Below are positions 9,952-19,301 of a stretch of DNA of 64,000 nt, one piece after another; position 1 is the first letter of the stretch, and every line of letters starts with the position of its first letter. The notes under the pieces were generated by a model. That model did no database searches, was not told the DNA's origin, and worked only from the letters and a program-made list of their open reading frames with translations. A program made the translations under genes and the position numbers. The stretch comes from Planctomycetota bacterium (GTDB lineage Bacteria; Planctomycetota; GCA-002687715; CAIWVZ01): positions 1 through 64,000 of the forward strand of contig JBGANV010000008.1 of NCBI GenBank assembly GCA_044222185.1, in the 5' to 3' direction.

Positions 9952-9970
9952 GGGCGTGCCTGACCTCCGC

Positions 9971-11428
9971 TCACCCGTGCCCGTAACCGCGATCGAATGC
10001 AGAGAGATCTCGCGAATACGCCTCATACACCGAGCGGAACGTGTCGGCGTCGATCGACCAGCGCGGAGCCTCGTCCGTGTGGCGATGGCAGTGCTCTTCG
10101 ATCAGGCGATAGAGGAACTTGAACAGGTGCCGCGGCGTCCGCAGGTTCCCCAGCGAATCACGCAAGGCATCGTCGGAGACCGCACCATCCACGAGCTCAC
10201 GCAAACGGGGTGACTTCCCCGCTGCCGCGCACGCACGCAGGCGATCGCCTGCCAGGTCGTAGAGCGACGAACCGGTCCACCGCAACGGCTTGATCAGGTT
10301 CAACTTGTCCGGCCGCGCGCGGTCGTAGAACTCCTTGTCTTCCTTCTCGAGGTAATAGGACAGCTCGATGGGAAGCAGGAGCTTCAGACCGACGCCTTCG
10401 CTGCGCAGGAATTTGTGGTCGAGCAGCGGCCACACGAACGATCGCATGCGGCGCGGCTCGCCCTTGATCATCTGAGGCTCGTCGACGCGATCGACGACGA
10501 CGACGATGCCCACGTAGCCGAATGATGCCAGCAACGTGCGCAGCTTGCGCATGAGCTCGAAGCGCTCTTCCCCCTGGCTCGTCGATTGGGGGAGCGGCTG
10601 TCCGCCAAGATCGATTCCGCGGAACCACTTCAGCTCGCCGCGCAACGCCGAAGGGTCGCGCTTCAGGACGCGGAGGCTCTTTCGCACGGAGCGAGCGAGG
10701 GCCGCGACGCGGAAGGTCCGCCAGGCCCACGTCGCCCACCCGAGTGCGACTCCACCGGCGAGAGCCCAGGTCCACGGCGACGTTCGCGCTTCGGGCCAGA
10801 GCACGGCCGCAGCGATCGCCGCTGCGGTCGCGAGGAATCCGAGCGCGAGGTCGCCCCGCGACGCCAGTGAGCGGAACCGCGTCCCGCGACGAAGCCGTTC
10901 CCAGCGCTGGGCCAGGGGCTCGCCCGTCGACTGGTCGTAGAGAGCCGCCAGAAGCAGGAGGTCGCGCTTCTGCTCCTGCGGCAGCTTGGACAGATCGGTC
11001 TTGCCTGCGGTCAGGTCGTCCACGAGCTTCGTGACGCCGAGCGCGAGGATCGCGTCCATGTGATCCTCGAGCCGGAATCGCTGGAGCGCTTCATCCGCAT
11101 CGCGCCCGCGCACGGCGGCGCGGAAGTGATCGAGGAACGGATTGAAGTCGTCGTAAGTGACGACGAAGACGCGCTGCGTGGGGTTCGCCTGGTTGTGGCG
11201 CTCGATCTCCGAGACCACCTGGAGTCGCAGGGCCGTCTTGCCGCTCCCCTTCTCGCCGAAGACGAGCGCGGTCGACGGATCGGACGGGCTCCCCAGGACC
11301 TTCTGCCAGGCTGGGTGATGCACCGAATCGATGCAGGTCGTCTTGAAGACGGCGTCGGTCTGCGCGTCTTCTTCGCTGAACGGGCTTTGTGCGATGCCGT
11401 GGTGGAGGAGGAATTGTTCGATCTTCAT
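9971..11428 (-). CDS. P-loop NTPase with two transmembrane helices inserted (KAP-like architecture)
   Basis: Walker A GEKGSGKT, two hydrophobic helices (LALGFLATAAAIAAAVLW; WTWALAGGVALGWATW), Walker B IVVVVDRVDE. Start MKIEQFL. Confidence 0.75.
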   Translation of the reverse strand: MKIEQFLLHHGIAQSPFSEEDAQTDAVFKTTCIDSVHHPAWQKVLGSPSDPSTALVFGEKGSGKTALRLQVVSEIERHNQANPTQRVFVVTYDDFNPFLDHFRAAVRGRDADEALQRFRLEDHMDAILALGVTKLVDDLTAGKTDLSKLPQEQKRDLLLLAALYDQSTGEPLAQRWERLRRGTRFRSLASRGDLALGFLATAAAIAAAVLWPEARTSPWTWALAGGVALGWATWAWRTFRVAALARSVRKSLRVLKRDPSALRGELKWFRGIDLGGQPLPQSTSQGEERFELMRKLRTLLASFGYVGIVVVVDRVDEPQMIKGEPRRMRSFVWPLLDHKFLRSEGVGLKLLLPIELSYYLEKEDKEFYDRARPDKLNLIKPLRWTGSSLYDLAGDRLRACAAAGKSPRLRELVDGAVSDDALRDSLGNLRTPRHLFKFLYRLIEEHCHRHTDEAPRWSIDADTFRSVYEAYSRDLSAFDRGYGHG

Positions 11429-11444
11429 GGCGGAAAAGTCGGGG

Positions 11445-11450
11445 ATTGTA
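11445..11450 (-). promoter_or_regulatory. Candidate sigma70 -10 box TACAAT
   Basis: TACAAT about 16 nt upstream of the ATG at 11428, in otherwise GC-rich DNA. Confidence 0.4.
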
Positions 11451-11489
11451 GCCGGGGATCGGGGGGACTCGAATCGAAGCCGAACGTCC

Positions 11490-12992
11490 CTATTTTCCCG
11501 GCTGAGCCGCACCGGACGCGGCGAGTCCGACAGCAACTGGCAGAGCGCTCGCGGCCGTCGTGAGGTCGGCGCAACCCACGGCGCGGATCGTCACGAGCGC
11601 GTCGTCGCGCGGCGGCAGATACACGGGAAACGGCATGTCGATGGGACCAGTGACCAGGAGCGCGTGGTCGATCGGATCAGCCTGCGTGCAGGCGATCGAA
11701 ACGGTCACGGTGCCTGAACCATCGACGTTCGGCGGAACCGTCACGCGGAGCATCCGAAGGTCCCAAGCCTGATCGCGGACGCGCAACGCTTCGTGCGGAA
11801 ACGGTTCAGACCAGGCGAGCGGGTCCATAGGGTGGAACCGACGCAGGACATGCGGCTGACCAAATGGCTCGCACGCCACGATCTCGAAGCTGCCCGGTCG
11901 GTCGACGGTGAACTCGAATTCCCTTCCGCTCCGCTCCAAGACCGCGCCCGAGTCGCCGCCAGCGAGCCACACCCGAGTCGCGTCGCTGATCAACGAGCTT
12001 CGACCCCAAAGGGTTCCCCGCGCCGTTGCGCGGATCCGGAGTGGAATTCGAGCGTCAGCCGTGCCGGCGTCGAGCCAGTCGCTCTGGCCCGCGAGCGCCG
12101 ACCCCACGTCGACATCGATCTTCACGCGCGAGACCTTGGCGAACGACCGCACCTCGACGAGGCCTCGGAGAACGTCGATGCCGCCAACGTCCATGGACGT
12201 GATGCGTCCCCCGGCCGGGTCCTCGACGCATACGCCAACGTGCGTTTCGGCAGCCCGCCAAGCAACGCCCGGCGGCGGGATCAGGCGAGCCCTCAGAAGC
12301 AGAGGGATCTGGGTTGGCTCGATGGTGCCGAGGTTGAACACCTCCCCGGATGCGAGGTCGATCCGTCGCGCCGTGGATTCGTCCAGGTAGTCCTCCTCCG
12401 TGATCGTGGACGGCGCGTCTGCGAACACGCGCAGGCGCACCAGCCCGTGCAAAGGCAGATGCCAGACCGGACGGCCGCCGACCCACAGCGATCGCACGAC
12501 GCCGCCGACCGTCGTACACACGGCCCCCTGCCGCGGCACCACGTATGCGAGGTAGAGGTCGCGCCCGGCCGCCTCCCGCTGCGCGCCACCCGCGACGGTC
12601 GCGGTGAGCGTCGCCATCTCGACGGCGCCATCGGGCACATCGACGTCGATCGTGGTTTCGGAAGTCGTGGGAACGGTGATCCGGCGGATGACGGAGCCGT
12701 GGTCCGAAACCACCACGAGCACGTCGATCGCCTCGCCGGGCCGCCCGTCGATGGCCTCCGAGACACCGTCGACCACGAGGCTCGTGATGAGCCGTTCGGG
12801 ATCCGTGGGATCTCGCGTCTGCACGGACCGCGCCCCCGTGACCGGTCCGCGCTCAGGCACGAAGCGAAGGCGAAACGAGACGAGGGGCCGCGGGGGCGCA
12901 GGCGTGGCGTCCGGCGACCGGAAGTCGTCGCTGCACGCATCCACGACGCAGGCGACCAGGGTCAACGTCACGGCGACCGCAGCCATCTCCAT
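11490..12992 (-). CDS. Hypothetical exported beta-rich protein (possible lipoprotein)
   Basis: Long ORF filling the gap between genes; hydrophobic N-terminus with Cys (VTLTLVACVVDAC), beta-strand-like composition. Start uncertain. Confidence 0.5.
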   Translation of the reverse strand: MEMAAVAVTLTLVACVVDACSDDFRSPDATPAPPRPLVSFRLRFVPERGPVTGARSVQTRDPTDPERLITSLVVDGVSEAIDGRPGEAIDVLVVVSDHGSVIRRITVPTTSETTIDVDVPDGAVEMATLTATVAGGAQREAAGRDLYLAYVVPRQGAVCTTVGGVVRSLWVGGRPVWHLPLHGLVRLRVFADAPSTITEEDYLDESTARRIDLASGEVFNLGTIEPTQIPLLLRARLIPPPGVAWRAAETHVGVCVEDPAGGRITSMDVGGIDVLRGLVEVRSFAKVSRVKIDVDVGSALAGQSDWLDAGTADARIPLRIRATARGTLWGRSSLISDATRVWLAGGDSGAVLERSGREFEFTVDRPGSFEIVACEPFGQPHVLRRFHPMDPLAWSEPFPHEALRVRDQAWDLRMLRVTVPPNVDGSGTVTVSIACTQADPIDHALLVTGPIDMPFPVYLPPRDDALVTIRAVGCADLTTAASALPVAVGLAASGAAQPGK

Positions 12993-13109
12993 CGACGTGC
13001 GCAGGCTCACGGGTCCTCCTACGCAGAACCACGGATCAGTCGCCGGTTTCTTGGAGAGACGCGCGGGGCGCGGGTCGCGCCCGGCGCCACCAGCCGCGGC
13101 ACATTCGGG

Positions 13110-13419
13110 GATCGGGCCGGTCCCCGCCGAGACGGCGGTGGACTCGGCGCTCGTTCGCGTGCGAGACGCGACGGGAGCGCCGATCGTCACGCCGCGTCAG
13201 CGGCAGCGCGATCGGCGGGACCGCCGGACGACCGCGGCGAAGCCGAGGCGTCCGGGCCCACGGGGCAACACCGCGCCGCGGCGCGTTCGAGGATCAGAGC
13301 GACGTGGGTGATCTCGCACGGACCTGCAACCCACGCCCGTCGCCCCGCGCGGGTCGCGCGGCGATCGGGCCGGTCCCCGCCGAGACGGCGGTGGACTCGG
13401 CGCTCCTTCGCGGCGAGAC
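13110..13419 (-). repeat. Dispersed structured intergenic repeat, locus 1 (two identical 43-bp hairpin units, 13110-13152 and 13363-13405)
   Basis: GATCGGGCCGGTCCCCGCCGAGACGGCGGTGGACTCGGCGCTC occurs twice, 253 bp apart. Strand given is that of the upstream transcript. Confidence 0.85.
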
Positions 13420-13980
13420 TTACTTCACCTTCGAGTGGCAGTCGCCGCAGCTTTGAGAGACGGCCTCGGCGGAGGACTTGAGCTCGGCGTTGTCCTTCTT
13501 CAGCGCGGCCTCGGCGAACTTGCGCGTGGCCGTCTCGAACCCGGTCACCGCCTCATCGAACCCCTTCGGGTCCTTGTTGCGCTTCTTGGACTTCTTCCAA
13601 TCGATCGCCTTGGCGAGCGCCGCGAGCTTCACGCCCGTCTTCTTCGCCGCGTCGAACTCCGTCGCTCCATCCTTCGCCCAGCCGCGGAGCTTCTGGTCGA
13701 GCTTTTCGGACTCGAAGGCGTGCATGGCCGATCCGAGGTTCTGGGGCTTCAGCGCCAGCGCCTTGATCTCGTCGTCGAGCTTCGGCGTCTTCTCGGGTTT
13801 GCCCGACGGTTTGGTCGTCGGTTGCGTCTCGGACTTCGGCTTGGCGCCGGGAGCGGGCTTGGCGTCCTGCATCATGTCCATCGCGAGCCCATCGGCCGCC
13901 TGCAACGACGCACCCAGATCCGGACGGAAGGCAAACCCGAAGAAGACGGCAGTGAGGAGGAGGAGGGAGAGGACGCGCAT
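13420..13980 (-). CDS. Exported class II (c'-like) cytochrome c
   Basis: Signal peptide, helical Lys/Ala-rich body, C-terminal CGDCH heme motif. AGGAG RBS. Confidence 0.82.
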   Translation of the reverse strand: MRVLSLLLLTAVFFGFAFRPDLGASLQAADGLAMDMMQDAKPAPGAKPKSETQPTTKPSGKPEKTPKLDDEIKALALKPQNLGSAMHAFESEKLDQKLRGWAKDGATEFDAAKKTGVKLAALAKAIDWKKSKKRNKDPKGFDEAVTGFETATRKFAEAALKKDNAELKSSAEAVSQSCGDCHSKVK

Positions 13981-14336
13981 CGCAATGAGACTCCTGTGAT
14001 CGAGCGGAAGAACAGTCCATGGACCCGAGTCCGAGGGGGGCGCCAGGGCGGCGCCGCGCACCGGTCGTGTCGGACGTGAATAACGCTTGTCCGAGCGGAA
14101 TCCTTCGCACCCCGCGCTCGGGGCGCGTGGAAAATCGCCCCCGTCGGCCACGGCCACGCACTCCTGGGCATGCGGCAGGTAGGAAATTCACGCGCCACCG
14201 CCATTCTGAGGCGGACCGGAGTCAAGACGGCCTGGCGACCGGCCCGTTATCCGCAGGCGGCGTGTTGACGCCCCACCGTCGCGCCCCGTTCTCACAGGGT
14301 CGCGGCCCCCCCCGGGGCCGCGCGTCGTTGCCGTCC

Positions 14337-16817
14337 ATGCCTCGCATCCTGCCGTTCCTGGTCCTGGCCACGCTCCCAATCCTCGGGGCCCGGGTTCCGG
14401 CGCAGGGGGCCAGCGACCCGGCCTTCTTCGAATCGAGGATTCGGCCCCTCCTGCTCGCGAACTGCGTGGCCTGCCACTCCGACGGTGCGAAGGAAGCGAG
14501 CGGCGGGCTCCGCCTGGATTCACCGGACCACATCCGTGCCGGCGGCGAAAGCGGCCCGATCCTCGTCCCCACGGACCCGGACGCCAGCCGACTCGTCCGT
14601 GCGATCCGCTACGCGGACCCCGAACTCCAGATGCCGCCCGACGGCAAGCTCGGCGACGCGGACATCGCCGCCGTCGTCGCCTGGGTTCGCGGGGGTGCCC
14701 AGCTCCCCGCCGCCGAATCGGCACCCGCCTCGCGACCGACTTCGCGCCCCTTCGACCCCCTGGTCGCCGCGCGCGCGCACTGGGCCTTCATTCCGCCCGC
14801 GGATGCCGCGCCGCCTCCCGCGAAGCACCTCGACGATGGAGACAACCCCATCGACCGGTTCGTCGCGGCCCGCCTCGACGCCGCCGGCCTGTCGCTCGCC
14901 CCGATGGCCGATCGTCAGACGCTCATCCGCCGTGCCACGTTCGACCTCACGGGGCTGCCGCCCACCCCGGCGGATGTCGACGCGTTCGTCACCGACGAGA
15001 GCCCCGACGCCTACGATCGACTCGTCGATCGCCTGCTCGCATCGCCTCACTATGGCGAGCGCCAGGCGCGGCGCTGGCTGGACCTCGTACGCTACGCCGA
15101 CTCGAACGGCGTGGACGAGAACCTCGCCATGGCGAACGCCTGGCGGTATCGCGATTGGGTCGTGCGCGCGTTCAATCGCGACCTTCCCTACGACGCCTTC
15201 GTCACGTGGCAGCTCGCCGGCGACCTCTTGCCCGAGCCCGCCGACGAAGCCGAGCTTGCCGACCACCTGACCGCCACCGGGTTCCTCGTCCTGGGACCCA
15301 AGATGCTGGCCGAGCAGGACAAGACCAAGCTCGTCATGGACACGGTCGACGAACAGATCGACGTCACGAGCAAGACGTTCCTCGGGCTCACCGTCGCCTG
15401 CGCCCGCTGCCACGACCACAAGTTCGATCCCATCCGTGCGCGCGACTACTACGCCCTCGCCGGCATCCTCCGCAGCACGAGCACGTTCGCGAACACGGCC
15501 TTCGTCTCGCGATGGAATCAGCGCGAGCTGGCCCGCGGCGACCGCATCGCCGCGCGTGACCGGCACGCTCACGCCCTGAAGGACGCCGAAGCGGCGTGCA
15601 AGGACGTGAGTCGTCGGGTCGAGCTCGAATCCTCGCGGCGCGATCCCATGCCGCGCGCCAAGATGCCTCTCCGCCGCGACTGGGCGCTCTCGGGGGTCGC
15701 CACCGGCGCCGAGCTCGACGCGTTCCGCGAGCTCGACGAAGCCGAGGCACGCATGGACGGTCTGAAGCGCAGCGCGCCGCCACCGATCCCCGTCGCTCTT
15801 GGCGTTCGCGACGGTGACTCCGTCGACGTCCCCGTGCACATCCGCGGGAGCCATCTGAATCTCGCCGCAGACCCGGTCCCTCGAGCCGTCCCTGCCGTGC
15901 TTTCGTGTTTCGTGACGCCGGACGAGATCCCCCGCGGCCAGAGCGGGCGCCTCCAGCTCGCACGATGGCTCACCCGTGCGGACCACCCGCTCACGGCCCG
16001 CGTGATGGTCAATCGCATCTGGCAGGGACACTTCGGCGCTGGCCTCGTTCGCACGTCCTCGAATTTCGGGCTCCGTGGCGAGCCTCCCACCCACCCCGAA
16101 CTCCTGGACTGGCTCGCCCTCCGCTTCGTGAGCGAGGGCTGGTCGATGAAAGCGATGCACCGGTTGGTGATGACGTCGCGAACGTACAGGCAATCGACCC
16201 GCCTGCACCAAGAAGCAGCCGCGATCGATCCGGAGAACCGCCTCCTGTGGCGACAGGCGCGCCGACGTCTCGATGCGGAGGAGATCCGCGACGGGATTCT
16301 CGCCATCGCAGGCACTCTCGATCGCCGGCTTGGCGGCACGCTGCTCCCCACACGCGACGGAGACTACGTGACGAACGACCAGTCGGGGAACGCGGCCCGC
16401 TACGACGCGCCTCGCCGGACGATCTACCTCCCCGTCGTGCGCAACGCGTTGAACGATCTGCTCACGACGTTCGACTACGCGGACGCGGGCATGACGATCG
16501 AGCGGCGGCCGACGACGACGGACCCGAGCCAGGCGCTCCTCCTCATGAACAGTCCCCTCGCCATCGACCAGAGCCAGGCGTTCGCGAGGTCGCTGCTCGC
16601 GGCGACCGTTCCCGACGACCGAGCACGCGTGGCGCGCGCATGGCTTTCGGTCCATGGACGATCTCCGACGACGCCCGAGGTCGATCGTGCCCTTGCATTC
16701 TGCGAAGCCGCCGTCGGTCGCGCGCGTGCCGCGAACGCCCCCGCGCCGCGCGAGTCCGCGTGGCAGGCGTTGTGCCAGGTGCTCTTTGCGAGCAACGAGT
16801 TCCTCTACGTGGATTGA
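14337..16817 (+). CDS. Planctomycete cytochrome c - DUF1549 - DUF1553 protein
   Basis: Signal peptide, CVACH, HWAF..P, NPIDRF, SPHYGER, CARCHDHKFDP, GRLQLARWL, PTHPELLDWLA, terminal NEFLYVD. Confidence 0.93.
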   Translation: MPRILPFLVLATLPILGARVPAQGASDPAFFESRIRPLLLANCVACHSDGAKEASGGLRLDSPDHIRAGGESGPILVPTDPDASRLVRAIRYADPELQMPPDGKLGDADIAAVVAWVRGGAQLPAAESAPASRPTSRPFDPLVAARAHWAFIPPADAAPPPAKHLDDGDNPIDRFVAARLDAAGLSLAPMADRQTLIRRATFDLTGLPPTPADVDAFVTDESPDAYDRLVDRLLASPHYGERQARRWLDLVRYADSNGVDENLAMANAWRYRDWVVRAFNRDLPYDAFVTWQLAGDLLPEPADEAELADHLTATGFLVLGPKMLAEQDKTKLVMDTVDEQIDVTSKTFLGLTVACARCHDHKFDPIRARDYYALAGILRSTSTFANTAFVSRWNQRELARGDRIAARDRHAHALKDAEAACKDVSRRVELESSRRDPMPRAKMPLRRDWALSGVATGAELDAFRELDEAEARMDGLKRSAPPPIPVALGVRDGDSVDVPVHIRGSHLNLAADPVPRAVPAVLSCFVTPDEIPRGQSGRLQLARWLTRADHPLTARVMVNRIWQGHFGAGLVRTSSNFGLRGEPPTHPELLDWLALRFVSEGWSMKAMHRLVMTSRTYRQSTRLHQEAAAIDPENRLLWRQARRRLDAEEIRDGILAIAGTLDRRLGGTLLPTRDGDYVTNDQSGNAARYDAPRRTIYLPVVRNALNDLLTTFDYADAGMTIERRPTTTDPSQALLLMNSPLAIDQSQAFARSLLAATVPDDRARVARAWLSVHGRSPTTPEVDRALAFCEAAVGRARAANAPAPRESAWQALCQVLFASNEFLYVD

Positions 16818-16820
16818 ACG

Positions 16821-18215
16821 ATGAGCGGACCCCGCGTGAACGATCGCCCCATCGACCGGCGCCTGTTCCTGAAGGAGCTCGGCGCGGGTCTGGGAATGGT
16901 GGCCCTGTCGGGCCTCGCAACCGCGCCCCCTCGGGCGGCGCTCGTGCGCACGATTCGACCTCCACGGGCGAAGCGCGTCATCTTCCTCTTCATGCATGGC
17001 GGGCCGTCAGCCATCGACACGTTCGACTGGAAGCCGCTCCTTCACAGAGACGACGGCAAGCCGCTTCCGTTCAAGAAGCCGCGCATCCAGTTCGCGCAGA
17101 CGGGCAACCTGCTGCGCTCGCCCTGGAAGTTCTCGCAGCACGGCGAATGCGGGGCGTGGGTCAGCGATCTGTTCCCCCACGTCGCCCGTCAGGTCGATCG
17201 CATCTGCTTCCTCAAGTCGGTGCATGGGACGAACGAAGCCCATGGGGGCGCGCTGCTCGCGCTGCACACGGGCTCGGACACGTTCGTACGACCGAGCCTC
17301 GGATCGTGGGTCGTCTACGGTCTCGGCACGGAGAACGCGAACCTCCCCGGGTTCATCACGATCTGTCCCACGCTCGGCCACGGCGGCGTGAACAACTGGT
17401 CGAGCGCGTTCCTCCCCGGCGTCCATCAAGGAACTCCGATAGGGAACGCGGGCATCCCCGCGAAAGACGCGACGATCCGCCACCTTCGCAACGCGCGGTG
17501 GAGTCAGGACGAGCAGCGAGCCGAGCTCGACCTGCTGCACGCCATGAACGCCGATCACGAACGCGAGCGCGGGCCCGACGATGCGTTGCACGCGCGAACC
17601 GAGTCGTACGAGCTGGCGTTTCGCATGCAGCATGACGCCGCGACGGTCCTCGACATCGCCAAGGAATCGAAGGCGACGAAGGAGCTGTACGGCATCGACG
17701 ATCCGGTCACGGACGACTTCGGCCGCCAGTGCCTGATGGCGCGACGGCTGTCCGAGGCGGGCGTCCGATTCGTGCAGTGTTCACACAGCTACAAGTGGGA
17801 CCAGCACGAGCGCCTGAAGGAACTGCACGGCAAGAACGCGCTGGAGGTCGACCGGCCGATCGCGGGGTTGCTCACGGACCTCGCCGCACGCGGCCTGCTG
17901 GAGGACACGCTCGTCTTGTGGGGCGGAGAGTTCGGACGCACGCCGACGGCGCAGGGCACGGACGGCCGCGATCACAACCCGCACGGGTTCACCATGTGGA
18001 TGGCGGGCGGTGGCGTGAAGGGAGGCATGTCCTACGGCGCAACCGACGACTACGGCTTCTACGCGCAAGACGACAAGGTCCACGTCCACGACCTCCACGC
18101 GACGATCCTCGCGCTTCTCGGTCTCAACCACGAGAAACTCACCTACCGCTTCGCCGGACGCGACTTCCGCCTGACGGACGTCGCCGGGCGCGTCGTCACC
18201 GACATCTTCGCGTGA
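16821..18215 (+). CDS. DUF1501 family Tat-exported protein
   Basis: DRRLFLK Tat motif, KRVIFLFMHGGPS.IDTFD, GEFGRTP, GRDHNP, HVHDLHAT. Usual partner of DUF1549/DUF1553. Confidence 0.93.
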   Translation: MSGPRVNDRPIDRRLFLKELGAGLGMVALSGLATAPPRAALVRTIRPPRAKRVIFLFMHGGPSAIDTFDWKPLLHRDDGKPLPFKKPRIQFAQTGNLLRSPWKFSQHGECGAWVSDLFPHVARQVDRICFLKSVHGTNEAHGGALLALHTGSDTFVRPSLGSWVVYGLGTENANLPGFITICPTLGHGGVNNWSSAFLPGVHQGTPIGNAGIPAKDATIRHLRNARWSQDEQRAELDLLHAMNADHERERGPDDALHARTESYELAFRMQHDAATVLDIAKESKATKELYGIDDPVTDDFGRQCLMARRLSEAGVRFVQCSHSYKWDQHERLKELHGKNALEVDRPIAGLLTDLAARGLLEDTLVLWGGEFGRTPTAQGTDGRDHNPHGFTMWMAGGGVKGGMSYGATDDYGFYAQDDKVHVHDLHATILALLGLNHEKLTYRFAGRDFRLTDVAGRVVTDIFA

Positions 18216-18288
18216 ACGGCGCCTCGGCGCGTGACGACGGACGCGCCCTCAGGGCTGATAGACTCGGCCCTCTTTCGCGAGGTATCTC

Positions 18289-19254
18289 ATGCTCTCATCC
18301 GCATCTTTGCGTCTCGGCGTGTTCGCTTCGATCCTGTGCTTGTCGTCCGTGGCATCCGCGCAGACTGCCGTCAACGACCTCTTCAATCGCGCGAACTCGA
18401 CGAACCTGGGTCCCGACTGGTCCGAGCAGAACTCAGACGGCCAGATCGTGAGCAACCGGCTCCAAGGCAACAGCCCGTTCGACCTCGGCTGGGCGATTCA
18501 CACCCGATACAACGCGCCCTACGCATCGACCGTCGTGAAGGCCGACTGGTCCATGAACGGCGGCGGCGGAGATCGCGTGTCGGTCGTGATCGGCGCCGAC
18601 GTGAACTGGGGCGGCATCGAGATCCGCATCGGCGACAACAACGGTGACGGAACGGCCGATCGCATCTTCTTCAACGCGGCGATCAACGCGGGGAACTGGC
18701 CGGGCGGACCGGGGTTCGCGAACCTGGCCACGCCGATCATCACCGGCACGGTCACCGTCTGGTTCACCAACGGCGGCAACACGGTGAACGTGGCGATCGG
18801 CAACCCGGCGACGAACACCGTCGAGACGTTCACGAACGGCGGTGTGCTCGGATTTGCGCCCACCGGCACGGGCGTCGCCGTCGGCTACTTCGGGAACGGC
18901 TGGATCGACAACTTCCGCGCGTACACCGGCTCGCCCGCAGGTCCGGATCTCTCACTCACGCCGCCCCGGCAGAACACCACGCCCACGTTGCTCGTCGGCG
19001 ACGCGGTTCCGAACGGCAGCGTCCTCATCGCGTTCAGCCTGACGGGCGCCGGGCCCCAGCCCACGCCGCTCGGCAACGTCTACCTGACGGATCCGATCTA
19101 CATCCTCGGCACGCTGCCGACGGACGGACAAGGACGCGGATCGGTTCCCATCGGCCCGTTGACGTCGGCACTCGTCGGCGTGACGTTCACGACCCAGGCC
19201 GTCGATCTGACGTCGTTCGCGCTGTCGAACTACGTGACGTCGACCGTGTTCTGA
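18289..19254 (+). CDS. Exported protein: beta-sandwich (lectin-like) domain plus ~100 aa C-terminal module
   Basis: Signal peptide ending ASA-Q, GAGG RBS, D.FNRAN...IDNF sandwich, tail GVTFTTQAVD..ALSN..VF. Confidence 0.75.
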   Translation: MLSSASLRLGVFASILCLSSVASAQTAVNDLFNRANSTNLGPDWSEQNSDGQIVSNRLQGNSPFDLGWAIHTRYNAPYASTVVKADWSMNGGGGDRVSVVIGADVNWGGIEIRIGDNNGDGTADRIFFNAAINAGNWPGGPGFANLATPIITGTVTVWFTNGGNTVNVAIGNPATNTVETFTNGGVLGFAPTGTGVAVGYFGNGWIDNFRAYTGSPAGPDLSLTPPRQNTTPTLLVGDAVPNGSVLIAFSLTGAGPQPTPLGNVYLTDPIYILGTLPTDGQGRGSVPIGPLTSALVGVTFTTQAVDLTSFALSNYVTSTVF

Positions 19255-19261
19255 CGAACGA

Positions 19262-19298
19262 GGCGGCGTGCGCAGCGCGGGCTGCGCACCGCCCGCCG
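19262..19298. terminator. Hairpin between convergent genes
   Basis: Stem GTGCGCAGC/GCTGCGCAC with a 4-nt loop; no clear U tract. Confidence 0.4.
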
Positions 19299-19301
19299 CA
19301 T

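Noticed and set aside
13110-13405. Direct repeats as a possible CRISPR array
   Set aside because: Only two units per locus, spacing of about 250 bp, bodies homologous between loci, and no cas genes.
14520-16997. Long antisense or alternate-frame ORFs (also 11793..13481, 20605..22341, 36323..38425, 38608..40521, 42225..44342, 57990..60155, 61667..63613)
   Set aside because: Arg/Gly/Ala-rich with no motifs and overlapping better-supported genes; expected in high-GC DNA.
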